The notes beneath the pieces were generated by a model, which was given only the letters and a program-made list of their open reading frames with translations, did no database searches and was not told where the DNA came from. A stretch of DNA of 64,000 nt from NCBI GenBank assembly GCA_964342815.1, contig CAYFHS010000007.1, forward strand, positions 64,001-128,000, read 5' to 3'. This DNA comes from an uncultured archaeon (GTDB lineage: Archaea > Thermoplasmatota > Penumbrarchaeia > JASLWR01). The position numbers were made by a program, and so were the translations under genes. Each line of letters starts with the position of its first letter. The stretch's first letter is position 1. Shown here piece after piece: positions 43,801 to 54,000 of the stretch.

Positions 43801-46226
43801 CGTTGTTGTTTCTTTATTGATATCTCGTATCCCTTATAATTCTTGAGAATTATGAATCCCCTGTTGGCGCAATGAAGAAAACGCCGCTTGAACAGTTCGC
43901 TCTCCTGCAGATCTTCCTGGAGCGCACGTTCGATGTTCTGTGTGTGCAAGATATTGAAAATGTCGTAGAGTTTGAATGATTTCACCTCTTCGAGAGTCAG
44001 CATTATACCGTTGTCGCTAATGCTGTACTTGATCTTGCCTCCGTATCTATTCGTAAGGAGGGGGGCCAATGCCCGGGCAATAACTTCATTCACTCTTTTT
44101 CCGAAAACGGAGTGAATGATGATGTGTTTCATACGCAGGTTGTCAATATACCCCTCGACCAGAATCTTTCTTCCCGACGGTACCACAAAACCCTGAACGA
44201 TCTGTAAAAATATATGGTCCAGCAGGAGGTGGCAGCCCTTCTCGTCCAACGAATATTGATCTTTAAGAGTATTTACAATATCCTTATGATAGAGTTTATC
44301 GAAACTTCCCGTTTTCTTCGTATGAAAATCTTTCTGTGAGATGGACAATTCCTTTAACAATCTCCTATCGAATCCCTTTTCCAGCAAACTCGCTTCCAGA
44401 GTCGAGAGGAACCTCCCTACATCAACGCTCAGATCGGTAGTTCTCGAAAAGAATTCCCCTGACCAGGATGGAAGTGTCGGTGTAATCCCACCGGCATGTT
44501 TCACGTACACCATGGACCCAATTGCCTTGATGAACTGATATGAGCGGCCACCAAGAAGGAAAACATCGTTCTTCGTCAATTTCTCAACGAAGGAATCCGA
44601 TAGAGTTCCCAGATATGAACCATCCTCGGCTCTTCGGACCTTGTACTCCATTTGTGCGGGTATGGTTCCCACATTCAGAAAATATATCATTCTTGAGAGC
44701 TGTTTTGTTCCAATTTCTTTTTCGTCTTTCGAATATAGAATCTTCGGATATATCCTGTATTTTATCAGGTCTTCGGTGGAAAGGAACTCCAATATGTTCT
44801 TGAAACTTTCACGTGTAAGTCCTTGAAAAGGAGCGCTGCTGATTGCTACATTGAACACTTCGTCTTCGCTCTTATCGCCCTCCAGGCTCATTCCAATTAC
44901 AGCTTGGGAAAGAACATCCTCACACATCCTGGGAATTGTGATATCGTCCATCTTTGACTTCAGGATGTTGCGGGCAATGGTGCAGCACTCGATCAATTCT
45001 TCGATCTCAAGGGCAATGAATCTTCCCCTGGTAACCACTCCCATGGCATGTCCGGCTCGGCCTATTCTCTGCAGTCCTCTTGAAGTGGACTTGGTGGAAC
45101 CCAACTGTATTACCAGATCGATATGGCCCACGTCGATCCCAAGCTCCAGCGAGGAGGAGGTCACTACTGCCTTCAATTCACCCCATTTAAGTTGATCTTC
45201 TATCCGAAACCGCGTCTCCCTCCCCAGAGAACCGTGGTGGGTGGCAACACTGGTCATTCCCTTCTCTTTCAACATGTGGGTGATCTTTTCGGTCATATTG
45301 CGTGTATTCGTAAAAACGATGGTGGAATCGTATCGATCGACGTATCCTCTGATCATCTCAACCGCGTTATCCAGTCGATCTTTGTAGAGCTGGTCCAGAG
45401 AATCGAAAGCAGGAATAACCTTAATGTCGTATTTCATGGAACCCTTGTATTCGATTATGGTTATGTCCCGCCACTTTCCATCCGAGCGGCCTACCAGAAA
45501 ACGGGCGATATCTTCTATTGGTGATTGGGTTGCTGAAAGACCGATCCTTACAAATTCCCGTGCAACCATGTTCTGAAAACGCTCCAGCGACAGTGAAAGG
45601 AGCGTCCCTCTTTTGGAAGCCGCAAGATCGTGTATCTCATCGATGATCACATACTCGGTTTGCTTTAATTTATTTACAAATTTTGAGGTGGAAAGACCTA
45701 TTGATAGACTTTCGGGAGTCGTAATAAGAATGTGTGGGGCCGTACGGGTCATCTTCTGTTTTGCCTGGGCCGTGGTATCTCCGGTTCGCATACCCACACG
45801 TATCTCCTGGGGCAGCAATTCTTCAATATCCGTTAGCTCATTGACGTTGTTTTCACGTATCTCTTGCCCAACCCTCTCGCGGGCAACTTCGTATATTTCC
45901 TGAAGAGGAGTTTCGAGATTCTTTTCGATATCCCGGGCGAGCGCTTTCAAAGGTGAGATATAGACACAATAGGTTTTATTTTGCAGTTTATGATTTTTTG
46001 CCAACCGGTATAGGTGGTTTATGATCGAGAGAAAGGCGGTCAGCGTTTTACCGGACCCTGTGGGTGAGGATATCAGGAGATTCTCTCCTTTATCGATAAG
46101 AGGAATGGACATTCTCTGCGGGGGAGTGAAACTGGCAAATTTCGAAAGGAACCAGTTATGTACGTCCACATCGAATTTTTCGACTATCTTAGCCGTATCA
46201 TAAGGTGTATTTGAATAGCGTATCAT
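40866..46226 (-). CDS. lhr: Lhr-family SF2 ATP-dependent helicase with long C-terminal winged-helix/AlkZ-like extension (1786 aa)
   Basis: SPTGSGKT, YISPLKAL, ITTPES, IDEIH, GLSAT, SSLELGIDVG, QRIGRAGH, Lhr WH and domain-4 motifs (PSWSGE). Confidence 0.9.
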   Translation of the reverse strand: MIRYSNTPYDTAKIVEKFDVDVHNWFLSKFASFTPPQRMSIPLIDKGENLLISSPTGSGKTLTAFLSIINHLYRLAKNHKLQNKTYCVYISPLKALARDIEKNLETPLQEIYEVARERVGQEIRENNVNELTDIEELLPQEIRVGMRTGDTTAQAKQKMTRTAPHILITTPESLSIGLSTSKFVNKLKQTEYVIIDEIHDLAASKRGTLLSLSLERFQNMVAREFVRIGLSATQSPIEDIARFLVGRSDGKWRDITIIEYKGSMKYDIKVIPAFDSLDQLYKDRLDNAVEMIRGYVDRYDSTIVFTNTRNMTEKITHMLKEKGMTSVATHHGSLGRETRFRIEDQLKWGELKAVVTSSSLELGIDVGHIDLVIQLGSTKSTSRGLQRIGRAGHAMGVVTRGRFIALEIEELIECCTIARNILKSKMDDITIPRMCEDVLSQAVIGMSLEGDKSEDEVFNVAISSAPFQGLTRESFKNILEFLSTEDLIKYRIYPKILYSKDEKEIGTKQLSRMIYFLNVGTIPAQMEYKVRRAEDGSYLGTLSDSFVEKLTKNDVFLLGGRSYQFIKAIGSMVYVKHAGGITPTLPSWSGEFFSRTTDLSVDVGRFLSTLEASLLEKGFDRRLLKELSISQKDFHTKKTGSFDKLYHKDIVNTLKDQYSLDEKGCHLLLDHIFLQIVQGFVVPSGRKILVEGYIDNLRMKHIIIHSVFGKRVNEVIARALAPLLTNRYGGKIKYSISDNGIMLTLEEVKSFKLYDIFNILHTQNIERALQEDLQESELFKRRFLHCANRGFIILKNYKGYEISIKKQQRTALDILSDVPQDVLMKMPVFKEAHNEVMNQYMDLTGAKKVLNKIARGEIQLYVKDYSTRPSTFSHSLIVTSLTDVSSLATKLMVFKQLGGELFEEIIGYGSSIGVDGFPARFSREMVDEHFRRDASFYKDIKGFVKAAKDEYNTVLERISSGEIGDKTVPMSRVEIIKKLLVDFLHRFGPFTHRELEAHFPFALKNINLLLVLSELEREADVIKDSIIKDDKHDYYIARRDYRSLRLKNEGSVVLATDGFNNFAYRKFFERRDEFKDLLEKGDIIGSPLDIFQRSKRFTKSKWLSSIKDAVLLQVRFIRSSMYFLPRDRVSRFVWARRTSSLNSVEQTLLKYIMQNPGVKRSKIYKEVNLNRAQIYEALYRLEKNLWLGRAHVPSADMASAVGFVYIENKTFDDIFFHGEDEIEKIDPSTKKEEIASYINHSRKDLVSYLLGIYGPMTISTLQEHSRLFGEELEKVISELFAEEKIKRVFVENPYPTEMLVTTKDFETLVEIKEGNAKRSVFTSIISDTHSYFHLIVHKAFLRFTGIWSHLLTEGNEPLAALRLERKKDSIRILNIEMVSSAPERSFSSLGPGTAPLPEDNITSRHILSLLVKELDNLLDFYSNFDIDVIKIENISEISVEQLLAEGSWIIEAFQNEGLVVMNDYLVMGNMVEKTYPMDKILKYVCYKQHVHPDNIFEDPKDLIKTFGTVSSTEEIRLRTQDDDITLNAYAKYNDLVKGILIPARQMFTTTQNMERFKVALKRRISPTAKYLLDVIPTGFVVSDKKWFERTSLGRTVYLEKKKELIDALYVVKDAKNTYVKVGEVPNLSKKRARRQCIRNVFENYGVFTLPRLRQYVGAEFSLEELRETVNKLTRKGVLVKGYLQEESKEIHYILKSDLELLDGIKMFRKFILPPKDPLWYYLHDDIHRKFGKGDWYVLFKGGEMIAGFVGKEKGEKFKIEKYNGEDRNKFMVERWIWRRGLDVEGL

Positions 46227-46717
46227 GCTTTGACCGTTTTTACTATTATCTATATAGTCTAGCCCAGCATACCACGGTAGAAGCTAAAGCACAACCTATT
46301 TATTATTAATATTTAAAAACGTTTGCACTGTTTTTATCCGCAGAGTCTTAATCCGCAAGTGAGAAGGAGTAGAGGTGGAATGGAATCGAAAACAAAAGCG
46401 TTTGATCTAGTTAGAAAAATACGTCCGATAATTGGATTATTGGATAGGTAACGGCAGGGGACGAGCCACCAATTACTTCTCTGGGTACCCTTGCCGGATA
46501 GCTTCGAGACATTAATCCACCTTTCATTATTGACGACTGGATACTTCTTTTACTCTTAAGTCATTGATATGAATTAGGGCATATGGCCCTGAGCGAATAA
46601 AAAAAAACCGAAATGTAGATATATAATCCTTCCTTTCAACTTCCACCCCGTTTTGGCATGCCAATGGCCTATCTTGTGATAGGCTGGTTTCATCAGCGGG
46701 TACTTTTCATCGCTAAT

Positions 46718-46792
46718 GCTCCCATGGTGTAGTCCGGCCAATCATTCTGGCCTTTCGAGCCAGCTACTCGGGTTCGAATCCCGATGGGAGCA
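46718..46792 (+). tRNA. tRNA-Glu (TTC)
   Basis: Acceptor GCTCCCA/TGGGAGC, anticodon arm CTGGC-CTTTCGA-GCCAG, T arm TCGGG-TTCGAAT-CCCGA, discriminator A. Confidence 0.96.
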
Positions 46793-47002
46793 TTTTTTTG
46801 AAAAAAAATGCGACTCAGAAGCGAACCGTAGGTTTGCCTTTGCTAGGAGCATAATTTTGTTATAAATTATGGGACTAAGAAGTGAGTAGGGGCCTTGCCT
46901 TCGCTAGGAGTATATTTTTATTAAAATATACGACTCAGGAGTGAAACGTAGTTTTATCTCCGCTAGGAGCATAATTTTGTTATAAATTATGGGACTAAGA
47001 AG
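46786..47002. repeat. ~60-bp-period palindromic repeat array downstream of tRNA-Glu
   Basis: GACT(C/A)AG at 46812, 46873, 46932, 46993; GCTAGGAG three times; 41-bp perfect direct repeat at 46842-46882 and 46962-47002. Confidence 0.85.
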
Positions 47003-47040
47003 CAAGCTGTTTGCTCATGCCCGCGGCACTCACTTTTTTC

Positions 47041-47403
47041 TCATTGCTTAAGCCAATCACCACTGGGTATCTTGAAACACCCCCAAGGTAATTTATCGAC
47101 ATAATACAACCAGCATTCTCCGAAATCGGTGATAACCTGTTTCCTGGTGTAATGATCGGGGTAACCGTCGAGATCATCTATACCTCCAAGTGAGGCTTCG
47201 TCTATCTCGTAAATCTCAGCGATAATGCTGCCTTCGCTTTTCGTGATATACGGAAAAGAACCATTGGAATGCATTTTCCAACCCTGTAATTCAACTGTTC
47301 CAAGGTATTTTGCATCGGCGAGATATGGATGATTAACGCATCCGTTTCTCAGAGTACCGTAGACCGCCACCCTCCACTGTTTTCCTACAATAACATTTGT
47401 CAC
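47041..47403 (-). CDS. Gamma-glutamylcyclotransferase (GGACT/AIG2-like) family protein
   Basis: VAVYGTLRNG..NHPYL, IAEIYEID, DDLDGYP..Y.R, WLYY. Confidence 0.88.
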   Translation of the reverse strand: MTNVIVGKQWRVAVYGTLRNGCVNHPYLADAKYLGTVELQGWKMHSNGSFPYITKSEGSIIAEIYEIDEASLGGIDDLDGYPDHYTRKQVITDFGECWLYYVDKLPWGCFKIPSGDWLKQ

Positions 47404-47432
47404 CCGTTCCCTCCAAAAGAATTCGTTTTCGG

Positions 47433-47726
47433 CTACAAAATATAAAAATAGACTATTGCCCCCAATGCGGCGATATTCAAGATTGTGATAAAGATAGTAA
47501 GAATGAAAAAACTCTTCTTTTTCGTCTTGTGACGCACCAGAAGCATTGCGGTTATGGCACCCCAGACACCTCCCACGAGAGCTAAAAGATGGAGAGTTTT
47601 CTCGGGTATGCGACGGGAATTACGTCTGGCCTTAATCTTGTCCGCCCAGTATACGATAAAAGTGACAAGATTGATGAAAGAAAGATATATCCCCACTGCA
47701 ACGAGTATCTTGTCCATGTCAAACAT
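47433..47726 (-). CDS. DUF1294 family membrane protein
   Basis: NLVTFIVYWADKIKA..N.RRIPEKTLH.LAL.GG..GA..AM...RHKTKK. Confidence 0.9.
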   Translation of the reverse strand: MFDMDKILVAVGIYLSFINLVTFIVYWADKIKARRNSRRIPEKTLHLLALVGGVWGAITAMLLVRHKTKKKSFFILTIFITILNIAALGAIVYFYIL

Positions 47727-48812
47727 CTATTTCTTTTCTCCATGGTAGGAGAGGCTCAATATCCAATCGCCCTTATTCAGTTTTGTCTCGTTTGAAAAGT
47801 CCAGAAAAGGTTTCCCCTTCCTGTAAGCGGTGATTATCTTATGACCATCGCCTATTGGAATATCCTTTATCAGCATTGTTTTTTCCAACATATGTTGGGA
47901 GATATCGAGACCTTCCATTTCTTGACAGATATCCACGATGAAATCAACTACCAGATTTTCCCCGATTGAGTTGGCGAGAAGCAGTCCGTTAATGGTGGAA
48001 GCGGGGATCATCTGGTTTACACCGGCATCCTGCACGATATCCATATTCTGTTCGTCTTTCACGGAAGCAATGATGCGTACTTTCTTGTTCAGGCGTCTTG
48101 CTTTGAGACTAATCATCACGGTGTCCTCATCGCTAGATATTGGCACAATTAGTGCTTTGGCGGATTCGATCCCCGCCTTTTTCAATACCTCGGTGTTGAG
48201 AGCATTACCCACTACAAGATCCACTCCCTGGGCTTTCATCTCCATGAAATCCTTCGTTCCATCTATCACTACACAATTATCGCCGCGGTTTACCAACTCT
48301 GAATGGGCAACCTCTGTCGTAGCGTTCCAACCTACTATAATAATGTGATTCTTCATCTTTGATTTTTTCATTCCTCTCATCTTCATTAAACTCAACTCCA
48401 CCAGACGTGAGCCCAGTTCTCCTATGACAATACCCAGAACGCTAATTCCCAAAAGTGCCACTACGTAATACACGACCCGCCCTTCGTGAGTTGCTGGAGA
48501 ATAATCTCCGTAACCAACGGTTGTAACTGTCGTGAAGGTCCAATAGAACGATGTGTGGTACCCAATGGGGTAAGTAAGATCGCTGTTGTTAATTGCTTCT
48601 TGTCTTGAAGCATTCCTATTGCTCGATAGGTAATCCTGAATCGTCGCCTGGTTCTCTTCGTCTATTCCAATATTTTCATAATACCTAAAGCCGAAGGTCC
48701 CCAAAAAAAATGTTACAAGAGTTAGTACTATGATCATCATCATTGTTCTCTTCGTAAGTACTTTCAGTATGGATTTCAAAACCCGGATAAAAATATGCAC
48801 CATTGTTCTCAT
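47727..48812 (-). CDS. Two-TM potassium channel with RCK/TrkA-N domain (MthK-like)
   Basis: Selectivity filter TTVGYGD; HIIIVGW, GNALNTEVL..AGI..A. Confidence 0.92.
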   Translation of the reverse strand: MRTMVHIFIRVLKSILKVLTKRTMMMIIVLTLVTFFLGTFGFRYYENIGIDEENQATIQDYLSSNRNASRQEAINNSDLTYPIGYHTSFYWTFTTVTTVGYGDYSPATHEGRVVYYVVALLGISVLGIVIGELGSRLVELSLMKMRGMKKSKMKNHIIIVGWNATTEVAHSELVNRGDNCVVIDGTKDFMEMKAQGVDLVVGNALNTEVLKKAGIESAKALIVPISSDEDTVMISLKARRLNKKVRIIASVKDEQNMDIVQDAGVNQMIPASTINGLLLANSIGENLVVDFIVDICQEMEGLDISQHMLEKTMLIKDIPIGDGHKIITAYRKGKPFLDFSNETKLNKGDWILSLSYHGEKK

Positions 48813-48860
48813 GTAAGAGTTATTTATTATTACCTTTTTCGGTATTTATTTTTTATACGT

Positions 48861-50885
48861 TTATAGACCTCTAAACCGATATTTTTCTCCTGGCTCAAAA
48901 TTCTCAACGGGACATGGGCCAAGGCATTTCCGGCACATAATGCAGAGTGTTGCATCCACAAGCACCTTTTCACGCTCACCCATATCCTCGAGAGAAAGAG
49001 CCCCTGCGGGACACCTGCCGAGACAAACTCCGCATCCCAGGCAGTGAATAGCTCTCTTTAAGACGGAAATGGCATCTTTGACATTGAGATCAATGCTGCT
49101 TTCTTCGCCCTCGATCGTAAAAAAGGTTTCATAAATTTTTATTATACCACCTTTTAAGTCCTCTATCTTCAGTATTTCGTTATCGTGAGACACGATCCTT
49201 CCAAGGATGGAAGCCAATCGGGCCACTTCCTTCAATGAAACCTTCCTGTTGAAATGTCCTTTCACTTGACAAGTCACCGCTTGTCCTGTTTGGTGAGCCA
49301 GCAGGGTCGCCTTTACCACTGAATCAATCCCTTTCGTACCCCCTCTTGTCAAGGATCCCACGGATAATGCTGAATTCATTTCTGCCGGAATATTATCATC
49401 GGAGGGATCAGGGAAGAGGTCGTAAGAAGTGGATTTCCGCTCTTTGAGAACTTGGTTTACGCTGCCGGGATAGTGTCTCCACCTCCAAAGACCCAGATCG
49501 ATCCACCTTGACGAAAATCCCTTCTCTTCCGCCCACCTTTTCAGATATTCGAAAAAAGTATTGCTGCCGTCATAACCATCCCGTATCCCTTTGAGATCCG
49601 CCACCGATGAAGCCGGACAAAGCCAGCACCCGATCCTCGCGGGACCTCTTTCATACCAGGGATTGTAGGTACCTTTCTCCCGGAAGATATATAACCATAC
49701 CGTTAGAGCGTTCCACTTCTGTATGGGTGAGAATCCCTGCTGATTGGGCACCCAGGGATTGATCCATTTTTCTCCTTTCTTTTTTCTCTGCAGGGATTCA
49801 TACTGTCTCTGACCTATAAACGAGAGAAGGCCTTTAGGGTATTTTTTCTTGATCAACCTTGTGGCTGGGCCCAGCTTGCATATCTTGCAGCACCAGCGGA
49901 AATCCTTTGACGGAGGTCCGAAATACTCAAGAGCGCGGTAGAATGCATCACCGGCATCGAATGTTACGATTTCCAGTGAATATTTATCTGCAACCTCGTG
50001 TACGTTCTCGATGGTCTCGGGAAGCTCGAGACCCGTGTTTATAAAAAGAAGATCCGGCTTGTAACCGGCCTCCAATACCAACAAGAGGGTAGCCAACGAG
50101 TCCTTTCCCCCGCTGTAAGATACAGCCATTGGAAGATGGGTATCTTCAATCACCTGCCGGATGAATTTCCTGGCCTTGTTCACCTTCGCGAGGAGCATAT
50201 ACGCGTTGGCTTCCACTGCCCGATCCCAGCTCGGCTCAATCTCGGGAATGAAAACGGGATAATCTTTTCCGCTGGTTCTACGTCGGCTCTTTACCGCCAC
50301 ACCCCTTTTTTCTCGAATCATCTCAACACTGGTCATCTGGGCGGCTCCCGACATGAGGATTGAGCCGTGTTTGTCACAAACCAGCACCTCGTCTTCTACC
50401 TCGAACTCTCCAACGACCTTCGTGATTCCCGGGGCAAGACAGCTGGCTCCCTTTTCTATAAAGGGAATCGCCCCGTCATCAACAATAACAACATTGCTGG
50501 TGGCCATCTTATCCAGCAGCGACATACCAAAGTCCTGAGGTATGAAAAAATAACGTCCGGATAAAAGCTTGAATTTCAGATTTCCAATCACCCTGCCGTG
50601 GATGATGATCTCGTCCATTCTGTCCAGAGAAGGAACGCTGTTCAAAACTACCAATGATCCCTTCCCGATCAATTTCTCAACTGCTGCCGGACCGAACTGC
50701 AATGCAATAACTTCTTTTATTCTGATGATGTCCGCATCGAATGCAGGCCTTATATCACCCGGGGGTGTATGTTTAACTCTAAAAGTTGTGCCATTACATA
50801 TGGAGCATTTTCTCTGCTCAATTATTGGAAGATCGCAATTACCGCACCATCTAAGCGACAACTCACCAAGTATTACCCGACCCAT
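48861..50885 (-). CDS. Phosphoadenosine phosphosulfate reductase-family protein with N-terminal Zn ribbon, PUA domain and C-terminal ferredoxin domain
   Basis: WCGNC...CSIC, PUA segment, SYSGGKDS, RWCCKICK, RIGCWLCP, CLGCGVCLGRCP, CIMCRKCLGPCP. Confidence 0.88.
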   Translation of the reverse strand: MGRVILGELSLRWCGNCDLPIIEQRKCSICNGTTFRVKHTPPGDIRPAFDADIIRIKEVIALQFGPAAVEKLIGKGSLVVLNSVPSLDRMDEIIIHGRVIGNLKFKLLSGRYFFIPQDFGMSLLDKMATSNVVIVDDGAIPFIEKGASCLAPGITKVVGEFEVEDEVLVCDKHGSILMSGAAQMTSVEMIREKRGVAVKSRRRTSGKDYPVFIPEIEPSWDRAVEANAYMLLAKVNKARKFIRQVIEDTHLPMAVSYSGGKDSLATLLLVLEAGYKPDLLFINTGLELPETIENVHEVADKYSLEIVTFDAGDAFYRALEYFGPPSKDFRWCCKICKLGPATRLIKKKYPKGLLSFIGQRQYESLQRKKKGEKWINPWVPNQQGFSPIQKWNALTVWLYIFREKGTYNPWYERGPARIGCWLCPASSVADLKGIRDGYDGSNTFFEYLKRWAEEKGFSSRWIDLGLWRWRHYPGSVNQVLKERKSTSYDLFPDPSDDNIPAEMNSALSVGSLTRGGTKGIDSVVKATLLAHQTGQAVTCQVKGHFNRKVSLKEVARLASILGRIVSHDNEILKIEDLKGGIIKIYETFFTIEGEESSIDLNVKDAISVLKRAIHCLGCGVCLGRCPAGALSLEDMGEREKVLVDATLCIMCRKCLGPCPVENFEPGEKYRFRGL

Positions 50886-51052
50886 TTTTACACAGTTCCA
50901 TATTATATAATCCTCTTTGGACGCGGTTGGATTAAAGCGTCATCGGTTATAATTCATCGGTCTGGTTTTTCGTCATCAGATTTTTATCGATAGAATGATG
51001 ATTTTGAAATGGAATGTAAAAGTATTTAGAATATTATTTCGTTCAACTGGAT

Positions 51053-54000
51053 ATGCGCTTTTCAGGGAACTGTATTCTTTTTTTCACGGTTCTTTTTATT
51101 TGTCCATTATTGATTTTACCACTAAATTCCGCGGGTATTGCCTCTATTTCTTTGGAAAAAGATACGGCGTCTCTTACCGTTAATAATGATATTAAGCTTA
51201 CGAAAAATGAAATATCCAATGCTCTTCACTGGTCCAATACTCCGGTGACCAGGGACCCATGGCAGCTTGAATACCTGGAAACTTCACCGGTTTCAGCGAG
51301 CGGTGGGTCCGTAGATTTCCTTTATTCATCAAATGATCTATCTGTAAAACCAGGTGTCCGTTACAGGGCCGGCCGGACAGATCCATCCCTCGTTGACCTG
51401 TATGTCGAGTCGGATCTCTATCTACTACCAATGGTTAACGAAACCATATCACAGTACGTTTACGATAAGACTGTTCTCGGAGATTACCAGATCGATGTAT
51501 ACTCTGTCTCGTCCATCAGCCCAAGTGATTTCCGGGAACAACTTCATTGGTCCTACATAAATGGAACCACCGGGGCGGTACTGTTGGGTGATCTTCCCGA
51601 AGTGATATTTGAGATGAACGATTCCTTTGGCGGTTATGAATCCTTCCCTTGTGACCTGTATTTCATGGATGTGGATGGAGAATGGGCCGATAACGACAGC
51701 AATGGCAAAATGGATTATCACGGTGGTGAATTGGAGGCAGACATATGGATCTCCAGGATCAAACCATCCATGATCCCAACCGAACTTGAGAGCACGCTGA
51801 CTGTGGATTATTTTGGAAGGGTGCATTCCTATTTCATGGGCGACCTGAGGGTAAATCATACTGCGCTTCTATACATAGACGACGATTGGGCTCCCTGGGG
51901 CGATCTTTATGCCTGGAATATTTCGGCATTATATCCCGAGCCGGTTCTCGTGAACAACATCGCTGATACAAATGGGGGCGATTATATCGATAACAGGGTC
52001 ACCGCAGGGTACGAGTTCATACAGGTTCATGTTCACTCGTCCCCAACAGTCCACTATTTTGCACAGGGAGGTAACGTTCATGCCTCTCAGGTAAGAGTAG
52101 CTCAGCCCCAGTCCCTGTTCATGAACCTTTTCTGCTGCAGCGGTAGCGATTATGATGCCGTGGCCAATTTCGGGGCGACATATATGTTCTTTGGCAGGGG
52201 GCTTGCTACAATAGGAAGTACAAAAACAGGCTCAATGCTGAATTTCGGTGATTTCTATACTCCCCTGGCAAACCACCGCTCCATGGGTGAGGCTTTCCTC
52301 GACTGGTCAAAAACCACCATGGAACGCTCCCGGGAATGGCATTATGGAATGTCTTTGCAGGGAGACGGGCTTTTATCTCCGAAATACGATTCCATCATGT
52401 ACCCGCCGGAGTTCACGGATAGAAACAACGGCACTCTTAGAGTAAATGGCTCGACGCCGGAGAATATACTTATCGATATTGACATTACAACCCAGAAAGG
52501 CTCGGTTCTTGATACAGCTGAATATCGGATAAACAATGGTCCCTGGATAGGACTGTTTTCCGAGGACTGCTTCGATTTCACCAATGATTGGAACATATCC
52601 AAGAATTCCCTCTCTGAAGGAAACAACACAATAACGGTACGAGCTGAGACCATTTTTAATGTAGGAACGAATTACAACCTCACCATTATGAAAGACACTC
52701 TGGCACCTGCAAATATTGTAATGAAGGTGGAAGACGGAACGGGTTACGTCAACGAACGGGATGTGATATTGGGAGTGAATGCATGGGATGTCAGCGGTCT
52801 GGATATGATGAGTACCAGTACTGATGGTATAAATTGGGCTCCATGGGTGAAATATGCACCTACGATGCCCTTCCGCTTGCCCGATAGCGAGGGTATTCAC
52901 GATATCCACCTAAGGATAAGCGATACATTTTTCAATATCGAATATACCAGGATCCAGGTGGAGTTGGACCGCGTTCTTCCCAAAGGGTGTAATATTAGCA
53001 TCAACAATGGGAATCCTTTTACCTCTTCGAGAAACGTTACTCTCACTATAAGCACTTTGGAAAATATGTCGAATCTCACCCTAATGTCCGTGTCGATGCT
53101 CGATTACTGGCTCCCTGACTGGATTCCACTCAAGGAAGAGATCACGTATGAGCTTGAAGGAGAAGAGGGAATATTTCAGATTTTCATGAAGGTAAGGGAC
53201 CGTGCAAACAACACTTCTCCCGTACTGAGCTCCACTATCACCTATGACCCCACTCCACCGATGCCAGTGAAGATCGTGGCAAACAACGGAGTTCTGTTGA
53301 CCAATGACACCACAGTTCATCTTGAATTGAAAGCCCATGACAACACGAGCGGTATAGATAAAATGAGATTCGGTTTCGACGGCCTGGAATGGAACCCATG
53401 GGTGAATTATTCGAAAGATACTGAATTGATTCTCCCGGAAGTGGATGGAGAGATAAATATATACTTCCAGGTTTTGGATGGGGCCGGTAACGTTTACGAT
53501 AGAAACGACGTTTACACGACCCTGATCCTGGATACAACTCCGCCGATATCCGATGTGATTCCATCGAATCCACCTGATGGATCGAATGGATGGTACGTGA
53601 CAATTCCTAATATTGAGATCGAACATAATGGTATTGCAGCCTATTACCGATTGGATGATAATAATTTCATTTTTTACGAGGGGCCCATTACACTGAAGGA
53701 GGGTGAAAGTGTCCTGAACTACTATTCGGTGGACATGGCCGGGAACTCTGAAAAAATCAATAAGAAGACGTTCAAAGTGGATACCATTCCCCCTGTTTAT
53801 GGCGTCAATGAGATATGTCGCACTGAGAAGAACCTGCAAGGGTGGTATCATGATGAAGTTGTTCTTGAATTTTCTTCTGAAATTACACCAATGAGCCGGG
53901 AAAGCATCCGCCTGGAGACTCCTGCCCTTGTGGATCTTACCGGAAGCAGGTTTACCATCGACGTCGACGGTATCAATTTTATTCAGTACTGGGCGCTGGA

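Noticed and set aside
46801-47002. CRISPR array interpretation of the repeats after tRNA-Glu
   Set aside because: The putative spacers are only ~20 nt, resemble one another and are themselves hairpins. The repeats alternate between two variants, and no cas gene is present in the window.
3697-47400. Integrated element or prophage at tRNA-His or tRNA-Glu
   Set aside because: No integrase, no long duplicated tRNA 3' end (att site) and no phage or plasmid genes in the window.
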